A model generated the notes under the pieces. It did no database searches and had not been told where the DNA came from. It saw nothing but the letters and a program-made list of their open reading frames with translations. A stretch of 64,000 nucleotides of DNA from Bacteroidaceae bacterium (GTDB lineage: Bacteria; Bacteroidota; Bacteroidia; Bacteroidales; Bacteroidaceae), in NCBI GenBank assembly GCA_017483665.1, contig JAFUVM010000082.1, forward strand, positions 300 to 64,299, given 5' to 3'. Within the stretch, counting starts at the first letter, position 1. Each line of letters opens with the position of its first letter. A program made the position numbers and the translations under genes. Of the stretch, positions 1-8,349 are shown piece after piece.

Positions 1-469
1 TCTTGGCGTTGGCCGTCTGGGCTCGCATGGCGAAGATGTCGAGGATGAGCGTCGTGCGGTCCAGTATCTTCACCTTCAGCTCGTTCTCGATGTTGCGGAG
101 CTGCTTGGCGGAGAGCTCGTCGTCGAAGATGACCATCGAGATCTCCCTTTCGGCATCCTCCTCGGCCTGAATGTAGGCACGTATCTCCTGCAGCTTGCCG
201 ATGCCGAGATAGGTGACGCTGTTGGGGCCGTTCATGCGTTGGGTGAAGCGACGCACGGTCTTGGCTCCGGCAGTCTCAGCCAAGAACTCCAGCTCGTCGA
301 GGTATTCGGTCGTCTTGCGCTCGTTCTGGTTCGGCGTGATGAGGCCGACGAGGACTGCCGTCTCGGGCGAGTCGTCGATGACGTTATGGAACTTCGTGCC
401 CGTCATGCCCTCTTCGAAGGGGAGCGACGAGCGCGAAGAGTTGTAGTGTTTGCTTCGGGAAGTCCTCAT
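1..469 (-). CDS. hflX: GTPase HflX, N-terminal part (gene continues beyond window start)
   Basis: Own minus-strand translation from ATG 469-467: MRTSRSKHY..AVLVGLITPNQNERKTTEYLDELEFLAETAGAKTV..LDRTTLILDIFAMRAQTANAK matches the HflX N-terminal domain. It is absent from the ORF track because it runs off the window edge. Confidence 0.85.
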   Translation of the reverse strand, partial: MRTSRSKHYNSSRSSLPFEEGMTGTKFHNVIDDSPETAVLVGLITPNQNERKTTEYLDELEFLAETAGAKTVRRFTQRMNGPNSVTYLGIGKLQEIRAYIQAEEDAEREISMVIFDDELSAKQLRNIENELKVKILDRTTLILDIFAMRAQTANAK

Positions 470-472
470 GCT

Positions 473-563
473 AATTCATAATTAAGAATTCATAATTCAT
501 AATTCTCTCCTTCGCTAAACTTTGGGCGTAGCATTATTATGAATTATGAATTGTGAATTATGC
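473..563. repeat. Inverted repeat with AATTCATA-type tandem arms (same family as 14803-14900)
   Basis: Left arm aattcataattaagaattcataattcataattc, right arm ttattatgaattatgaattgtgaattatg. The loop word gggcgtagc reappears reverse-complemented (gctacgccc) in the 14.8 kb copy. Confidence 0.8.
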
Positions 564-567
564 ATTC

Positions 568-1419
568 TTACTTAACCAGCACGACGAGGTACTTGCTGAC
601 GCTCCAGAACTTCTGCGGGTCGGTGATGTGCAGTTCGTACTGGCCCTGATTGTCCTTGGCGAGCTGATAGGTGCCGGCAGGATGTGTGGAGAGCAGCTGG
701 GCGCTCTTGCTGTAGAACTTCAGGTCTTTGTCGTAGCGGATGTCAATCTTAGTGAAGTAGTCCTTGTTGAAGTCGTCGCTCTTGAGGACGTCTCCCTTCG
801 CGAGTATCTTCTGTTCCTTCAGCTCGCTCTTGGTGCCGAAGACGAACCAGGCGCTGTTCAGTTCCTTGTCCTGCTGCTGCACCTTCTCGGCCTTTTGCTT
901 GTTCTCCTCCGTGAGGGAAGCCACGTCGTTGCTCAGTCCGGCGATGGCGTTGCCCTGGGCTTCGATGAGGGCGTCCTTCTCGGCCAGGCTTGCCTCCAGC
1001 TCCTGGATGCGTGCGGCCTGAGCCTCAATCTGGCTCTGCAGGTTCTCGATGGTCTTCTGCATCTTGGTGGCACGGATGCTGCTGTTCTTCAGCTTCTCCT
1101 GCAGCTGTGCAATCATCTCGCGGTTCTGCTGCATGGCCTGCTGGATGAACTCCATGTTCTCGTGTATCACCTCGCGGCTGCTGGCGCTCTCGGGGTTGCC
1201 TTCTGCGATGGTCACGCGTCCCTCCGCCTCGTTGATGCGCCGGATGCCCTCCTGCACTTCGTTGAAGGTGCTCAGGATGTCGTCCAGCTCGATGTCCTTC
1301 TCGTTGATGATGCGTTGCAAGGAGTCGCGTTCCTGTTGGACTGCGTCTTGCTTCTCTCCGGTCATGTTGCATGCGCTCAAACCGAGGGCGCAGCAGGCGA
1401 ATAAAAGAATCTTTTTCAT
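568..1419 (-). CDS. Coiled-coil lipoprotein, function unknown
   Basis: 283-aa ORF with lipoprotein signal MKKILLFACCALGLSAC, a long Q/E/K-rich coiled-coil-like centre and a globular C-terminal part. Confidence 0.8.
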   Translation of the reverse strand: MKKILLFACCALGLSACNMTGEKQDAVQQERDSLQRIINEKDIELDDILSTFNEVQEGIRRINEAEGRVTIAEGNPESASSREVIHENMEFIQQAMQQNREMIAQLQEKLKNSSIRATKMQKTIENLQSQIEAQAARIQELEASLAEKDALIEAQGNAIAGLSNDVASLTEENKQKAEKVQQQDKELNSAWFVFGTKSELKEQKILAKGDVLKSDDFNKDYFTKIDIRYDKDLKFYSKSAQLLSTHPAGTYQLAKDNQGQYELHITDPQKFWSVSKYLVVLVK

Positions 1420-1435
1420 AATATCAAATCATTTA

Positions 1436-1557
1436 GCCTCCCCCGGCCTGCACCCTGCCCTCTCAGGAGGGGTGAAAGGCGGGAGAGTTGTTTATGTTGT
1501 TTCGGTGTTCTTATTTCTCCTCTCCGTTCCCCCTTCCTCTGAAGGCGCGGGGGAGGC
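1436..1557. repeat. Inverted pair of ~30-bp G/C palindromic units (GCCTCCCCCG ... CGGGGGAGGC)
   Basis: gcctcccccggcc..ccctctcaggagggg on the left and ccccttcctctgaaggcgcgggggaggc on the right. The same unit pair occurs at 16326-16465 and 60332-60438. It spans the rsmI stop, so the last ~22 RsmI codons are repeat-encoded. Confidence 0.7.
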
Positions 1558-2223
1558 TTTTCCTCCTACCACTATCACGAACTCGCCTCGGGGCTCTGTC
1601 TCCGTGAAGTGGGCAAGAACCTCCGCGAGCGAGCCGCGCACGCTTTCCTCGTGTATCTTGCTTATCTCGCGGCAGACGCTCACCTGACGTTCCGGCCCGA
1701 AGACCTCGATGAACTGCGTGAGAGCCTTCACGATGCGGTGGGGCGACTCGTAGAAGATCATCGTCCGCGTCTCGTCGGCAAGGGCTTGGATGCGTGTCTG
1801 CCGGCCTTTCTTCTGCGGCAGGAAGCCCTCGAAGCAGAAACGGTCGCAGGGCAAGCCGCTGCTGACGAGTGCCGGCACGAAAGCCGTTGCGCCGGGCAGG
1901 GTGATGACCTCCACGCCGGCCCGTATGGCTTCGCGGGCTACGAGGAACCCCGGGTCGCTGATGCCCGGCGTGCCTGCGTCGCTGATGACGGCAATGGTCT
2001 GGCCGCCCTTCAGTCGCTCCACGATGCCCTCCACGGTCTGATGCTCGTTGAACTTATGGTACGAGAGCATGGCATTCTTGATGTCGAAGTGGCGCAGCAG
2101 GTTGCCGCTGGTCCGTGTGTCCTCGGCCAGGATGAGGTCAGCCTCGCGCAACACACGGAGTGCCCGCATCGTGATGTCTTCCATGTTGCCAACGGGAGTC
2201 GGCACTAAGTAGAGAGTCCCCAT
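1492..2223 (-). CDS. rsmI: 16S rRNA (cytidine1402-2'-O)-methyltransferase RsmI
   Basis: MGTLYLVPTPVGNMEDITMRALRVLREADLILAEDTR..ISDAGTPGISDPG..FYESPHR is the typical RsmI tetrapyrrole-methylase-fold signature. Confidence 0.92.
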   Translation of the reverse strand: MGTLYLVPTPVGNMEDITMRALRVLREADLILAEDTRTSGNLLRHFDIKNAMLSYHKFNEHQTVEGIVERLKGGQTIAVISDAGTPGISDPGFLVAREAIRAGVEVITLPGATAFVPALVSSGLPCDRFCFEGFLPQKKGRQTRIQALADETRTMIFYESPHRIVKALTQFIEVFGPERQVSVCREISKIHEESVRGSLAEVLAHFTETEPRGEFVIVVGGKASPAPSEEGGTERRNKNTETT

Positions 2224-2250
2224 ACCTTATTATATATAATATCGCGCCTG

Positions 2251-2258
2251 CAAAGATA
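2251..2258 (-). promoter_or_regulatory. Bacteroidetes -7 box TATCTTTG (TAnnTTTG) for rsmI
   Basis: Plus-strand caaagata is TATCTTTG on the minus strand, 28 nt upstream of the rsmI ATG. Confidence 0.5.
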
Positions 2259-2266
2259 CGAAAAAA

Positions 2267-2295
2267 GTTCATAGTTCATAGTTCATAGTTCATAG
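2267..2295. repeat. Tandem heptamer GTTCATA x4
   Basis: gttcatagttcatagttcatagttcatag in the rsmI/tdk divergent gap, followed by a CTCTTAA-type tandem at 2330-2349. Confidence 0.85.
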
Positions 2296-2352
2296 TTTTT
2301 GGCTTTTTTAGTATTTTTCTTGACTCTTAACTCTTAATTTTTAATTTCTTTG

Positions 2353-2360
2353 TATATTTG
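2353..2360 (+). promoter_or_regulatory. -7 box TATATTTG for tdk
   Basis: TAnnTTTG match 25 nt upstream of ATG 2385. Confidence 0.5.
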
Positions 2361-2384
2361 TCCCTGCAAAATGGAATGTAAACG

Positions 2385-2999
2385 ATGAAAGATGTAGGTT
2401 CAACGAATGGCGAGATGATGCGGCGAGGCCGTGTGGAAGTTGTGTGCGGCTCGATGTTTTCGGGCAAGACGGAGGAACTCATCCGCCGTCTGCGCAGGGC
2501 ACAGTTCGCCAAACAACGTGTAGAGATATTCAAGCCGGCCATCGACGTCCGCTACAGCGAAGAGGAGGTGGTCAGCCACGAGGGGAACAGCATCCTCTCC
2601 ACGCCGGTCGACTCCTCGGCCAGCATCCTCCTGATGGGGCAGGAGAGCGACGTGGTGGGCATCGACGAGGCGCAGTTCTTCGACGAGCACATCGTGGAGG
2701 TGTGTAACGAGCTTGCCGCCCGCGGCATCCGTGTCATCGTGGCCGGCCTCGACCTCGACTTCAAGGGACAGCCCTTCGGCCCCATGCCGCAGCTCTGTGC
2801 CATAGCCGACGAGGTGACGAAGGTGCATGCCATCTGCGTCCGTTGCGGCGCCCTGGCCTACGTCAGCCATCGCATCGTGGCAGGCGAGAAGCAGGTGATG
2901 CTCGGCGAGAAGCACGAGTACGAGCCGCTTTGCCGGGAGTGCTATGCCAAGGCAACAGCCCCTCTCCCAAGCTTCCCCAAAGGGGGAGGAGATAAATAG
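2385..2999 (+). CDS. tdk: Thymidine kinase
   Basis: [24 protein letters not shown] (P-loop), GIDEAQFF, and C-terminal zinc motifs CVRCG..CRECY. The last ~13 codons ([13 protein letters not shown]) come from a palindromic repeat unit. Confidence 0.93.
   Translation: MKDVGSTNGEMMRRGRVEVVCGSMFSGKTEELIRRLRRAQFAKQRVEIFKPAIDVRYSEEEVVSHEGNSILSTPVDSSASILLMGQESDVVGIDEAQFFDEHIVEVCNELAARGIRVIVAGLDLDFKGQPFGPMPQLCAIADEVTKVHAICVRCGALAYVSHRIVAGEKQVMLGEKHEYEPLCRECYAKATAPLPSFPKGGGDK
2958..2995. repeat. G/C palindromic unit forming the tdk 3' end
   Basis: cccctctcccaagcttccccaaagggggaggag with stem TCCCC/GGGGA, same flavour as the other PLxGG-coding units. Confidence 0.6.
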
Positions 3000-3026
3000 T
3001 AACTGCTTAAATGGTAAATAAAAAAG

Positions 3027-4145
3027 ATGTTAGAACGTGAGATTACTTTCGACCGCGTCGTGCGCTGGGTCCTTGTTGCTCTGGCCGCGACAGCCGTGGT
3101 TCTGCTCGTCAACCGTCTGTCCAGCGTCCTGCTGCCGTTCTTCATTGCCTGGATTCTGGCCTACATGATTTATCCCTTCGTGCTCTTCCTGCAGTACAGA
3201 TGCAGGCTGAAGTTCCGCATCCTCAGCATCGTCGTGGCTCTGCTCACCGTCCTTGCCGCGCTCACCCTGGCGGCTTTCCTCGTCGTGCCTCCCATCGTAG
3301 AGGAGAGTGTCCGTCTGTCCAGGCTTATCACGGTCTATTTCCACGACACGTTTGCCTCCTCCGCCCTCCTTCGTAACGTTCAGGACATGCTTCAGAACTA
3401 TGCCAACGACAACTCGCTCCTGAAGCTGATACAGCACAGCAGCGTGATGGACGTGGCAGAGAATCTTGTCCTGCAGGCCTGGGGATTCCTCTCCAGCACT
3501 ATCAATTTTGCCATCGGTCTGCTGGGAAGCCTTGTCGTCATGCTCTATCTGGTGTTCATCCTGTTGGACTACGAGAAGATTTCCAAAGGCTGGATCCGGC
3601 TCCTTCCCGCCAGCAAGCGAGGCTTTGCGGGGATGGTCGTGGAGGATGTCAAGAACGGCATGAACGCCTATTTCCGCGGACAGTCGCTCATTGCCCTGCT
3701 GGTCGGCATCCTCTTCAGCATAGGCTTCCTCATCATCGACTTCCCGATGGCGATTGGCCTGGGCCTCTTCATCGGTGTGCTCAACCTGATTCCGTACCTG
3801 CAGCTGGTCGGCTTCATCCCCACCATCATCCTGGCTTTGGTCAAGGCTGCCGATACGGGGCAGAGCTTCTGGATTATCATGCTTTGCGCCCTGGCTGTCT
3901 TTGCCGTCGTGCAGACCATTCAGGACATGTACCTCACGCCGCGCATCATGGGGCACGTCATGGGGCTCAACCCGGCCGTCATCCTGCTCAGCCTCTCCGT
4001 CTGGGGCAGTCTGCTGGGGCTCATCGGGCTCATCGTCGCCCTGCCGCTCACTACTCTGCTCATCTCCTATTACCGGCGTTTTGTCCTAAACGAGACGGAC
4101 GGTGCCGTTGCCAGCGAGACGCCAAACGAATCACAACAGCCATAA
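3027..4145 (+). CDS. AI-2E family (PerM-like) transporter
   Basis: 372-aa polytopic membrane ORF with the typical AI-2E layout (..LPFFIAWILAYMIYP.., ..GLFIGVLNLIPYLQ..). Confidence 0.85.
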   Translation: MLEREITFDRVVRWVLVALAATAVVLLVNRLSSVLLPFFIAWILAYMIYPFVLFLQYRCRLKFRILSIVVALLTVLAALTLAAFLVVPPIVEESVRLSRLITVYFHDTFASSALLRNVQDMLQNYANDNSLLKLIQHSSVMDVAENLVLQAWGFLSSTINFAIGLLGSLVVMLYLVFILLDYEKISKGWIRLLPASKRGFAGMVVEDVKNGMNAYFRGQSLIALLVGILFSIGFLIIDFPMAIGLGLFIGVLNLIPYLQLVGFIPTIILALVKAADTGQSFWIIMLCALAVFAVVQTIQDMYLTPRIMGHVMGLNPAVILLSLSVWGSLLGLIGLIVALPLTTLLISYYRRFVLNETDGAVASETPNESQQP

Positions 4146-4157
4146 GAATCAAAAACC

Positions 4158-5588
4158 ATGAAAACCAGAAAAAGTATCCTTCTTGCATCCCTCTTTATGC
4201 TTCAGGGCGGCCTCCCGGCTCTTTCCCAAAACGGGGCCGTTGCCCCCTGTCCGCCTCTGCCCACGGTCCATCAGGTGGCTTGGCAGCAGATGGAGACCTA
4301 CGCTTTCATCCACTTCGGGCTGAACACCTTCACCGACCAGGAGTGGGGCTACGGCGACGTCTCCCCCGAGAAGTTCAACCCCACGGCGCTCGACTGCGAA
4401 CAATGGGCCCGAACCTTCGTCGAGGCAGGCATGAAGGGCGTCATCCTCACGGCAAAGCATCACGACGGCTTCTGCCTTTGGCCCACAAAGTACACCGACT
4501 ATAGCATACGGGCTACGCCCTACCTCGACGGCAAGGGCGACATCGTGGGACAACTGGCTGAGGCCTGCCGCAAGTACGGCCTGAAGCTCGGACTCTACCT
4601 CTCGCCCTGGGACCGCCATCAAGCCTTCTACGGCACATCCCTCTACCCGGAGTATTACGTCCTGCAGATGGAGGAACTGCTCACACAGTACGGCGAGCTC
4701 TTCGAGGTATGGCTCGACGGGGCAAACGGCGGCAACGGCTGGTACGGCGGAGCGAAGGAAGAGCGGAAGATAGACCGCCGCACATATTATAACTACCCGC
4801 GCATCTTCAGCCTCGTGCAACGCAAACAGCCTCAGGCCGTCATCTTCTCCGACGGAGGTCCCGGCTGTCGCTGGGTGGGCAACGAGAGCGGGTTTGCCGG
4901 AGCCACGAACTGGGCCTTCCTGCACAGCGAAAAGGTCTATCCCGGCTACGACCGCTGGCAGGAACTCACCTCCGGCCACCCCGACGGCGACGTCTGGGTG
5001 CCTTCCGAGTGCGACGTCAGCATCCGTCCCGGATGGTTCTACCACAAGCAAGAGGATGACAAGGTGAAGACGGTCGACCAACTTGTGGACATCTACTACC
5101 GCTCCGTAGGGCACAACGGCACCATGCTCCTCAACTTCCCCGTCGACCGCACGGGGCGCATCCATCCCACCGACTCGCTCCGGGCCGTCGCCTTCCACAA
5201 GCGCATACAGCAAGAGCTCGGCCAGAACCTTCTGCTCGACAAGAAGAAACCTGCGACGGACGGCAACTTCGACACCTACGTCGTGCTCCGTACGGGCGAG
5301 TCCTTGGAGCTGAAACTGCCTCGCAAGACAACACTGAACCGCCTCCTCCTGCAGGAGTACATTCCCCTCGGGCAGCGGGCCAAGATGTTTTCCGTAGAGT
5401 ATTACGACGGCACGGCCTGGCAGACCATCGATGCCGGCGAGGAGACCACCACGATAGGCTATAAGCGCATCCTGCGCTTCCCCGCGGTTCAGACACGACG
5501 TCTGCGCCTCAACATACTCGACAGCCGCGCCCCCGTTTTGCTCAGCGAAGCCGCAGCCTGCTATGCTCCAGAGGCCAAGAAAGAGTAA
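4158..5588 (+). CDS. Alpha-L-fucosidase (GH29) with C-terminal discoidin-like domain
   Basis: Signal peptide, then FIHFGLNTFTDQEWGYG..GVILTAKHHDGFCLWPTKYTDYS..WLDGANGG, which are GH29 motifs. Confidence 0.9.
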   Translation: MKTRKSILLASLFMLQGGLPALSQNGAVAPCPPLPTVHQVAWQQMETYAFIHFGLNTFTDQEWGYGDVSPEKFNPTALDCEQWARTFVEAGMKGVILTAKHHDGFCLWPTKYTDYSIRATPYLDGKGDIVGQLAEACRKYGLKLGLYLSPWDRHQAFYGTSLYPEYYVLQMEELLTQYGELFEVWLDGANGGNGWYGGAKEERKIDRRTYYNYPRIFSLVQRKQPQAVIFSDGGPGCRWVGNESGFAGATNWAFLHSEKVYPGYDRWQELTSGHPDGDVWVPSECDVSIRPGWFYHKQEDDKVKTVDQLVDIYYRSVGHNGTMLLNFPVDRTGRIHPTDSLRAVAFHKRIQQELGQNLLLDKKKPATDGNFDTYVVLRTGESLELKLPRKTTLNRLLLQEYIPLGQRAKMFSVEYYDGTAWQTIDAGEETTTIGYKRILRFPAVQTRRLRLNILDSRAPVLLSEAAACYAPEAKKE

Positions 5589-5647
5589 AAAAGCAAGGTA
5601 TAACGAAAATTTTGACTTTTGAATTTTGAATTTTGAATTATATGTTG

Positions 5648-5655
5648 TACCTTTG
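5648..5655 (+). promoter_or_regulatory. -7 box TACCTTTG upstream of tRNA-Lys
   Basis: TAnnTTTG match 33 nt upstream of the mature tRNA 5' end. Confidence 0.5.
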
Positions 5656-5687
5656 CACCCGCAAATGGAACGATTTGCATCAAGGTC

Positions 5688-5763
5688 GACTCGCTAGCTC
5701 AGTTGGTAGAGCATCGCCCTTTTAAGGCGGGGGTCCTGGGTTCGAACCCCAGGCGGGTTACCA
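5688..5763 (+). tRNA. tRNA-Lys (anticodon UUU), CCA encoded
   Basis: Hand-folded cloverleaf: acceptor GACTCGC/GCGGGTT, D arm GCTC-AGTTGGTA-GAGC, anticodon arm TCGCC-CTTTTAA-GGCGG, T arm CTGGG-TTCGAAC-CCCAG, discriminator A plus CCA. Confidence 0.93.
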
Positions 5764-5767
5764 AAAG

Positions 5768-5791
5768 GAGGCTTTAGGGTCTCTTTTTTTT
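5768..5791 (+). terminator. Weak hairpin plus T8 tract after the tRNA
   Basis: gaggc-tttagg-gtctc (5-bp stem including one G-U pair) followed by tttttttt. Confidence 0.4.
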
Positions 5792-5832
5792 GTACCCTTG
5801 CGGTTCTCACCCAGGGGTTCTTCGATGGGGCT

Positions 5833-7077
5833 TCAGTCGTATAGCAGGTACTTCTGCCTTTTCTGCTTGAACGCCTCCACTTCGTCCTTCCAGCGAGCGC
5901 GGATTTCGGCTTCGCTACATCCCTGTTCTATCATTTCGCGGACGTAGGTCCGGCCCAGCAGTTTGTCGAAGAAGGAAGTGAAGAACCCGTCGGCTTTGCC
6001 CGCTGCCTTCAGGCATCGGTAGGCACCTATGACGTAGGCCAGGCTCATCTGATGCTGCCAGATTGTGTCGTAGGGGACGGCCGAGAGGTCCTCGCCGTAG
6101 CACTTCTCGCCCATCAGCACAGGGCGTGTGGCGCCCGGCAGGCTCTGCGGGGTGAAGGAATAGCTGTGGCACGCCTGCATCTGCGGATGTCCGTATTGCT
6201 GGAAGGGCTTGTCCGTGCCGCGTCCCATGCTGACCACCGTGCCCTCGAACGGGCAGAGCGAGGGGTAGAGATAGATGGCCTGCATGTTGGGAAGGTTGGG
6301 CGACGGAGCGACGGGCAGGCTGTAGTGTGTCTGGTGCGTGTAGTTCAGGCAGGGGATTACCGTCAGCCTGCATTCGTTGCCTTCGTTCAGCCATTTCTCA
6401 CCGACGGCCATGCGGGCAATCTCGCCCAGCGTCATGCCATGTACGACGGGGATGGGCAGATAGCCCACTCCGCTGCGTAGCGACATGTCCAGGATGGGGC
6501 CGTCCACATAGTGCCCGTTGGGATTCGGACGGTCCAGCACGATGACTTCCCGTCCGTACTTCGTGCAGGCATCCATCAGGTGGCACATGGTGACGTAGTA
6601 CGTATAGTAGCGAAGCCCGACGTCCTGAATATCGACAAGCAGCACGTCGAACATCCCCATCGCTTCCTCGCCGAGGTGTTTTTTCCGGTTCTGCCCGTAG
6701 AGCGAGAGAATCGGAATGCCGGTCTGCCCGTCCACTTCGTCCGCTACGAGGGCTCCTGCATCGGCCCGTCCGCGGAAACCGTGTTCGGGCGAGAAGATGG
6801 CTGTCACCTTTGCCCCCTTTTCCACGAGCAGGTCCAGCACATGCCGATGGTCTTCCCTGGCAAGTCCCGTCTGGTTGCTGAAAAGCGCCACGCGCTTCCC
6901 GTCGACGAGAGGCAGATAGAGTTCCGTCCGTTCGTCGCCCGTTATCACACGTTCTGCCTTTTCGGGCTTGTCTGCCGGAGAGGACAGGCTGTCCTGACGG
7001 CTCTGCCGGTCGCAGGCCCAATGGTGGGTGTATGCCGGCAGGAGAGCTAACAGTAATGCAATTATTTTTGTCTTCAT
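5833..7077 (-). CDS. DUF1343 family exo-beta-N-acetylmuramidase (NamZ-like)
   Basis: FSNQTGL..IFSPEHGFRG..ILSLYG..DVLLVDIQDVGLRYYTY..VIVLDRPNPNG is the DUF1343/NamZ signature. Confidence 0.85.
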   Translation of the reverse strand: MKTKIIALLLALLPAYTHHWACDRQSRQDSLSSPADKPEKAERVITGDERTELYLPLVDGKRVALFSNQTGLAREDHRHVLDLLVEKGAKVTAIFSPEHGFRGRADAGALVADEVDGQTGIPILSLYGQNRKKHLGEEAMGMFDVLLVDIQDVGLRYYTYYVTMCHLMDACTKYGREVIVLDRPNPNGHYVDGPILDMSLRSGVGYLPIPVVHGMTLGEIARMAVGEKWLNEGNECRLTVIPCLNYTHQTHYSLPVAPSPNLPNMQAIYLYPSLCPFEGTVVSMGRGTDKPFQQYGHPQMQACHSYSFTPQSLPGATRPVLMGEKCYGEDLSAVPYDTIWQHQMSLAYVIGAYRCLKAAGKADGFFTSFFDKLLGRTYVREMIEQGCSEAEIRARWKDEVEAFKQKRQKYLLYD

Positions 7078-7105
7078 GGATAGATAGATGTTTAGAATGT
7101 TGGTC

Positions 7106-7129
7106 AGCGCCTCGCGCTTATTTCGGAAG
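7106..7129. repeat. Single unit of the 22-bp GCGCTTATTTCGGAAGCGC hairpin repeat
   Basis: agcgcctcgcgcttatttcggaag, the same word as the arrays at 12910-12995 and 27415-27543 (the latter reverse complement). Confidence 0.75.
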
Positions 7130-7132
7130 ATC

Positions 7133-8218
7133 CTAAAGCTTTACGGCCTTGCCCGTCTTGGCGCTGCGGATGGCAGCCTCGAGGATTTGGACGACGAGGA
7201 CGTTGTTCTCCAGGGCGGAGAGGTCGGAGGGCTGCTCTTCTATCTGGCCGCGGACGAGGGCTTTCAGGTAGCGATAGGAATCGTTGTACGGAGCCTGGAG
7301 CCTCGGAGCGTTGAACTCCTTGCCCAGCTTGCCGTCGACGAGGAGCTGCATCCGGCTGCCAGTCCGCTGGTAGGCGTAGCCCCGGGAACCGTAGACGTAC
7401 ATGTCCTTGCGGCTGTACGGCCAGCACCACGACCCCATCACCTGCACCGTGCAGCCTTCATACTCCAGGACTATCGTGGCATCGTCGTCGACGAGCGGAT
7501 AGACCTCGGGCTTGTTGTGCTGCAGGACGGCATAGACGCTCTTGGGCTTCTCGCCGCCGAGCATCCATGTGGCAAGGTTGACGCCGTAGCAACCGAAGTC
7601 GATGACGGCCCCGCCGCCGTTCTGCTTCGGGTCGGTGAGCCACGAGAGGAACATCCGGTCGCAGCCGATTTCCTTCGGTCCCTCGTGCCCGTCGTAGACG
7701 TCGATGCGGGTGATGTCGCCCAGCCCGCCGCGGTCGGCAATCTGCTTGACGTGGTGGTTTGCGGCGTACCACGTCGTCTCGTAGTTCGTCATAATCTTGA
7801 TGCCGTACTTCTTAGCCAGGGCCTCCATGCGAAGAGCCTGCTTGTAGGTTGTGGCAAGGGGCTTCTCCACCATGACGTGGATGCCTCGGGGCGCACAGGC
7901 CTCCACCGTGGCGGCATGGTGCAGGATGCTCCCGTAGTCGACCACCACCTCGGGTTTCTCCTTGTCGAGCATCTCGGCGAGCGAGGCATAGAACTTCTCC
8001 TTCGGCAGCCGTCCCACGAGGTTGTTGTGCAGGCGGAAGTCGTCGTTCTCCTCCGCCACGCCCACGATGACGAAGTCGCCGCGGTTCATGGCGCCAATCA
8101 GGTTCCAGAGGTGCCCGTGAGCCACGCCCGAGACGCCGATGCGCAGCGGGCTGTCAGCCTTCTGAGCCATCGCGCAGACAGACAGCATCAAGCTCAGCAA
8201 AAGAATAAGTTTCTTCAT
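7133..8218 (-). CDS. Secreted Gfo/Idh/MocA family oxidoreductase
   Basis: Signal peptide MKKLILLLSLMLSVCAMA, then RIGVSGVAHGH..VGVAEEN..EKPLA Rossmann and catalytic motifs. Confidence 0.85.
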   Translation of the reverse strand: MKKLILLLSLMLSVCAMAQKADSPLRIGVSGVAHGHLWNLIGAMNRGDFVIVGVAEENDDFRLHNNLVGRLPKEKFYASLAEMLDKEKPEVVVDYGSILHHAATVEACAPRGIHVMVEKPLATTYKQALRMEALAKKYGIKIMTNYETTWYAANHHVKQIADRGGLGDITRIDVYDGHEGPKEIGCDRMFLSWLTDPKQNGGGAVIDFGCYGVNLATWMLGGEKPKSVYAVLQHNKPEVYPLVDDDATIVLEYEGCTVQVMGSWCWPYSRKDMYVYGSRGYAYQRTGSRMQLLVDGKLGKEFNAPRLQAPYNDSYRYLKALVRGQIEEQPSDLSALENNVLVVQILEAAIRSAKTGKAVKL

Positions 8219-8290
8219 AATGGTTTGGTTGTCTTTTCGTGATTAAGTCTTGTCGTTATGACGTTATAACGTTATTCCGTTATGACGAGG

Positions 8291-8349
8291 ATTAAATCGT
8301 AAATTGTCAATCATTAAATCGTAAATTGTCAATCATTAAATCGTAAATC
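8291..8349. repeat. 22-bp tandem repeat ATTAAATCGTAAATTGTCAATC x2.7
   Basis: Directly visible. The last partial unit abuts the stop codon of the 8349-10556 gene, and a CGTTATGA-type tandem precedes it at 8254-8287. Confidence 0.9.

Noticed and set aside
5589-5687. Hairpin GCAAAT-ggaacg-ATTTGC and the TTTTGAA tandem upstream of tRNA-Lys, considered as a separate ncRNA.
   Set aside because: It lies between the predicted -7 box and the mature tRNA 5' end, so it is most simply a tRNA precursor leader.
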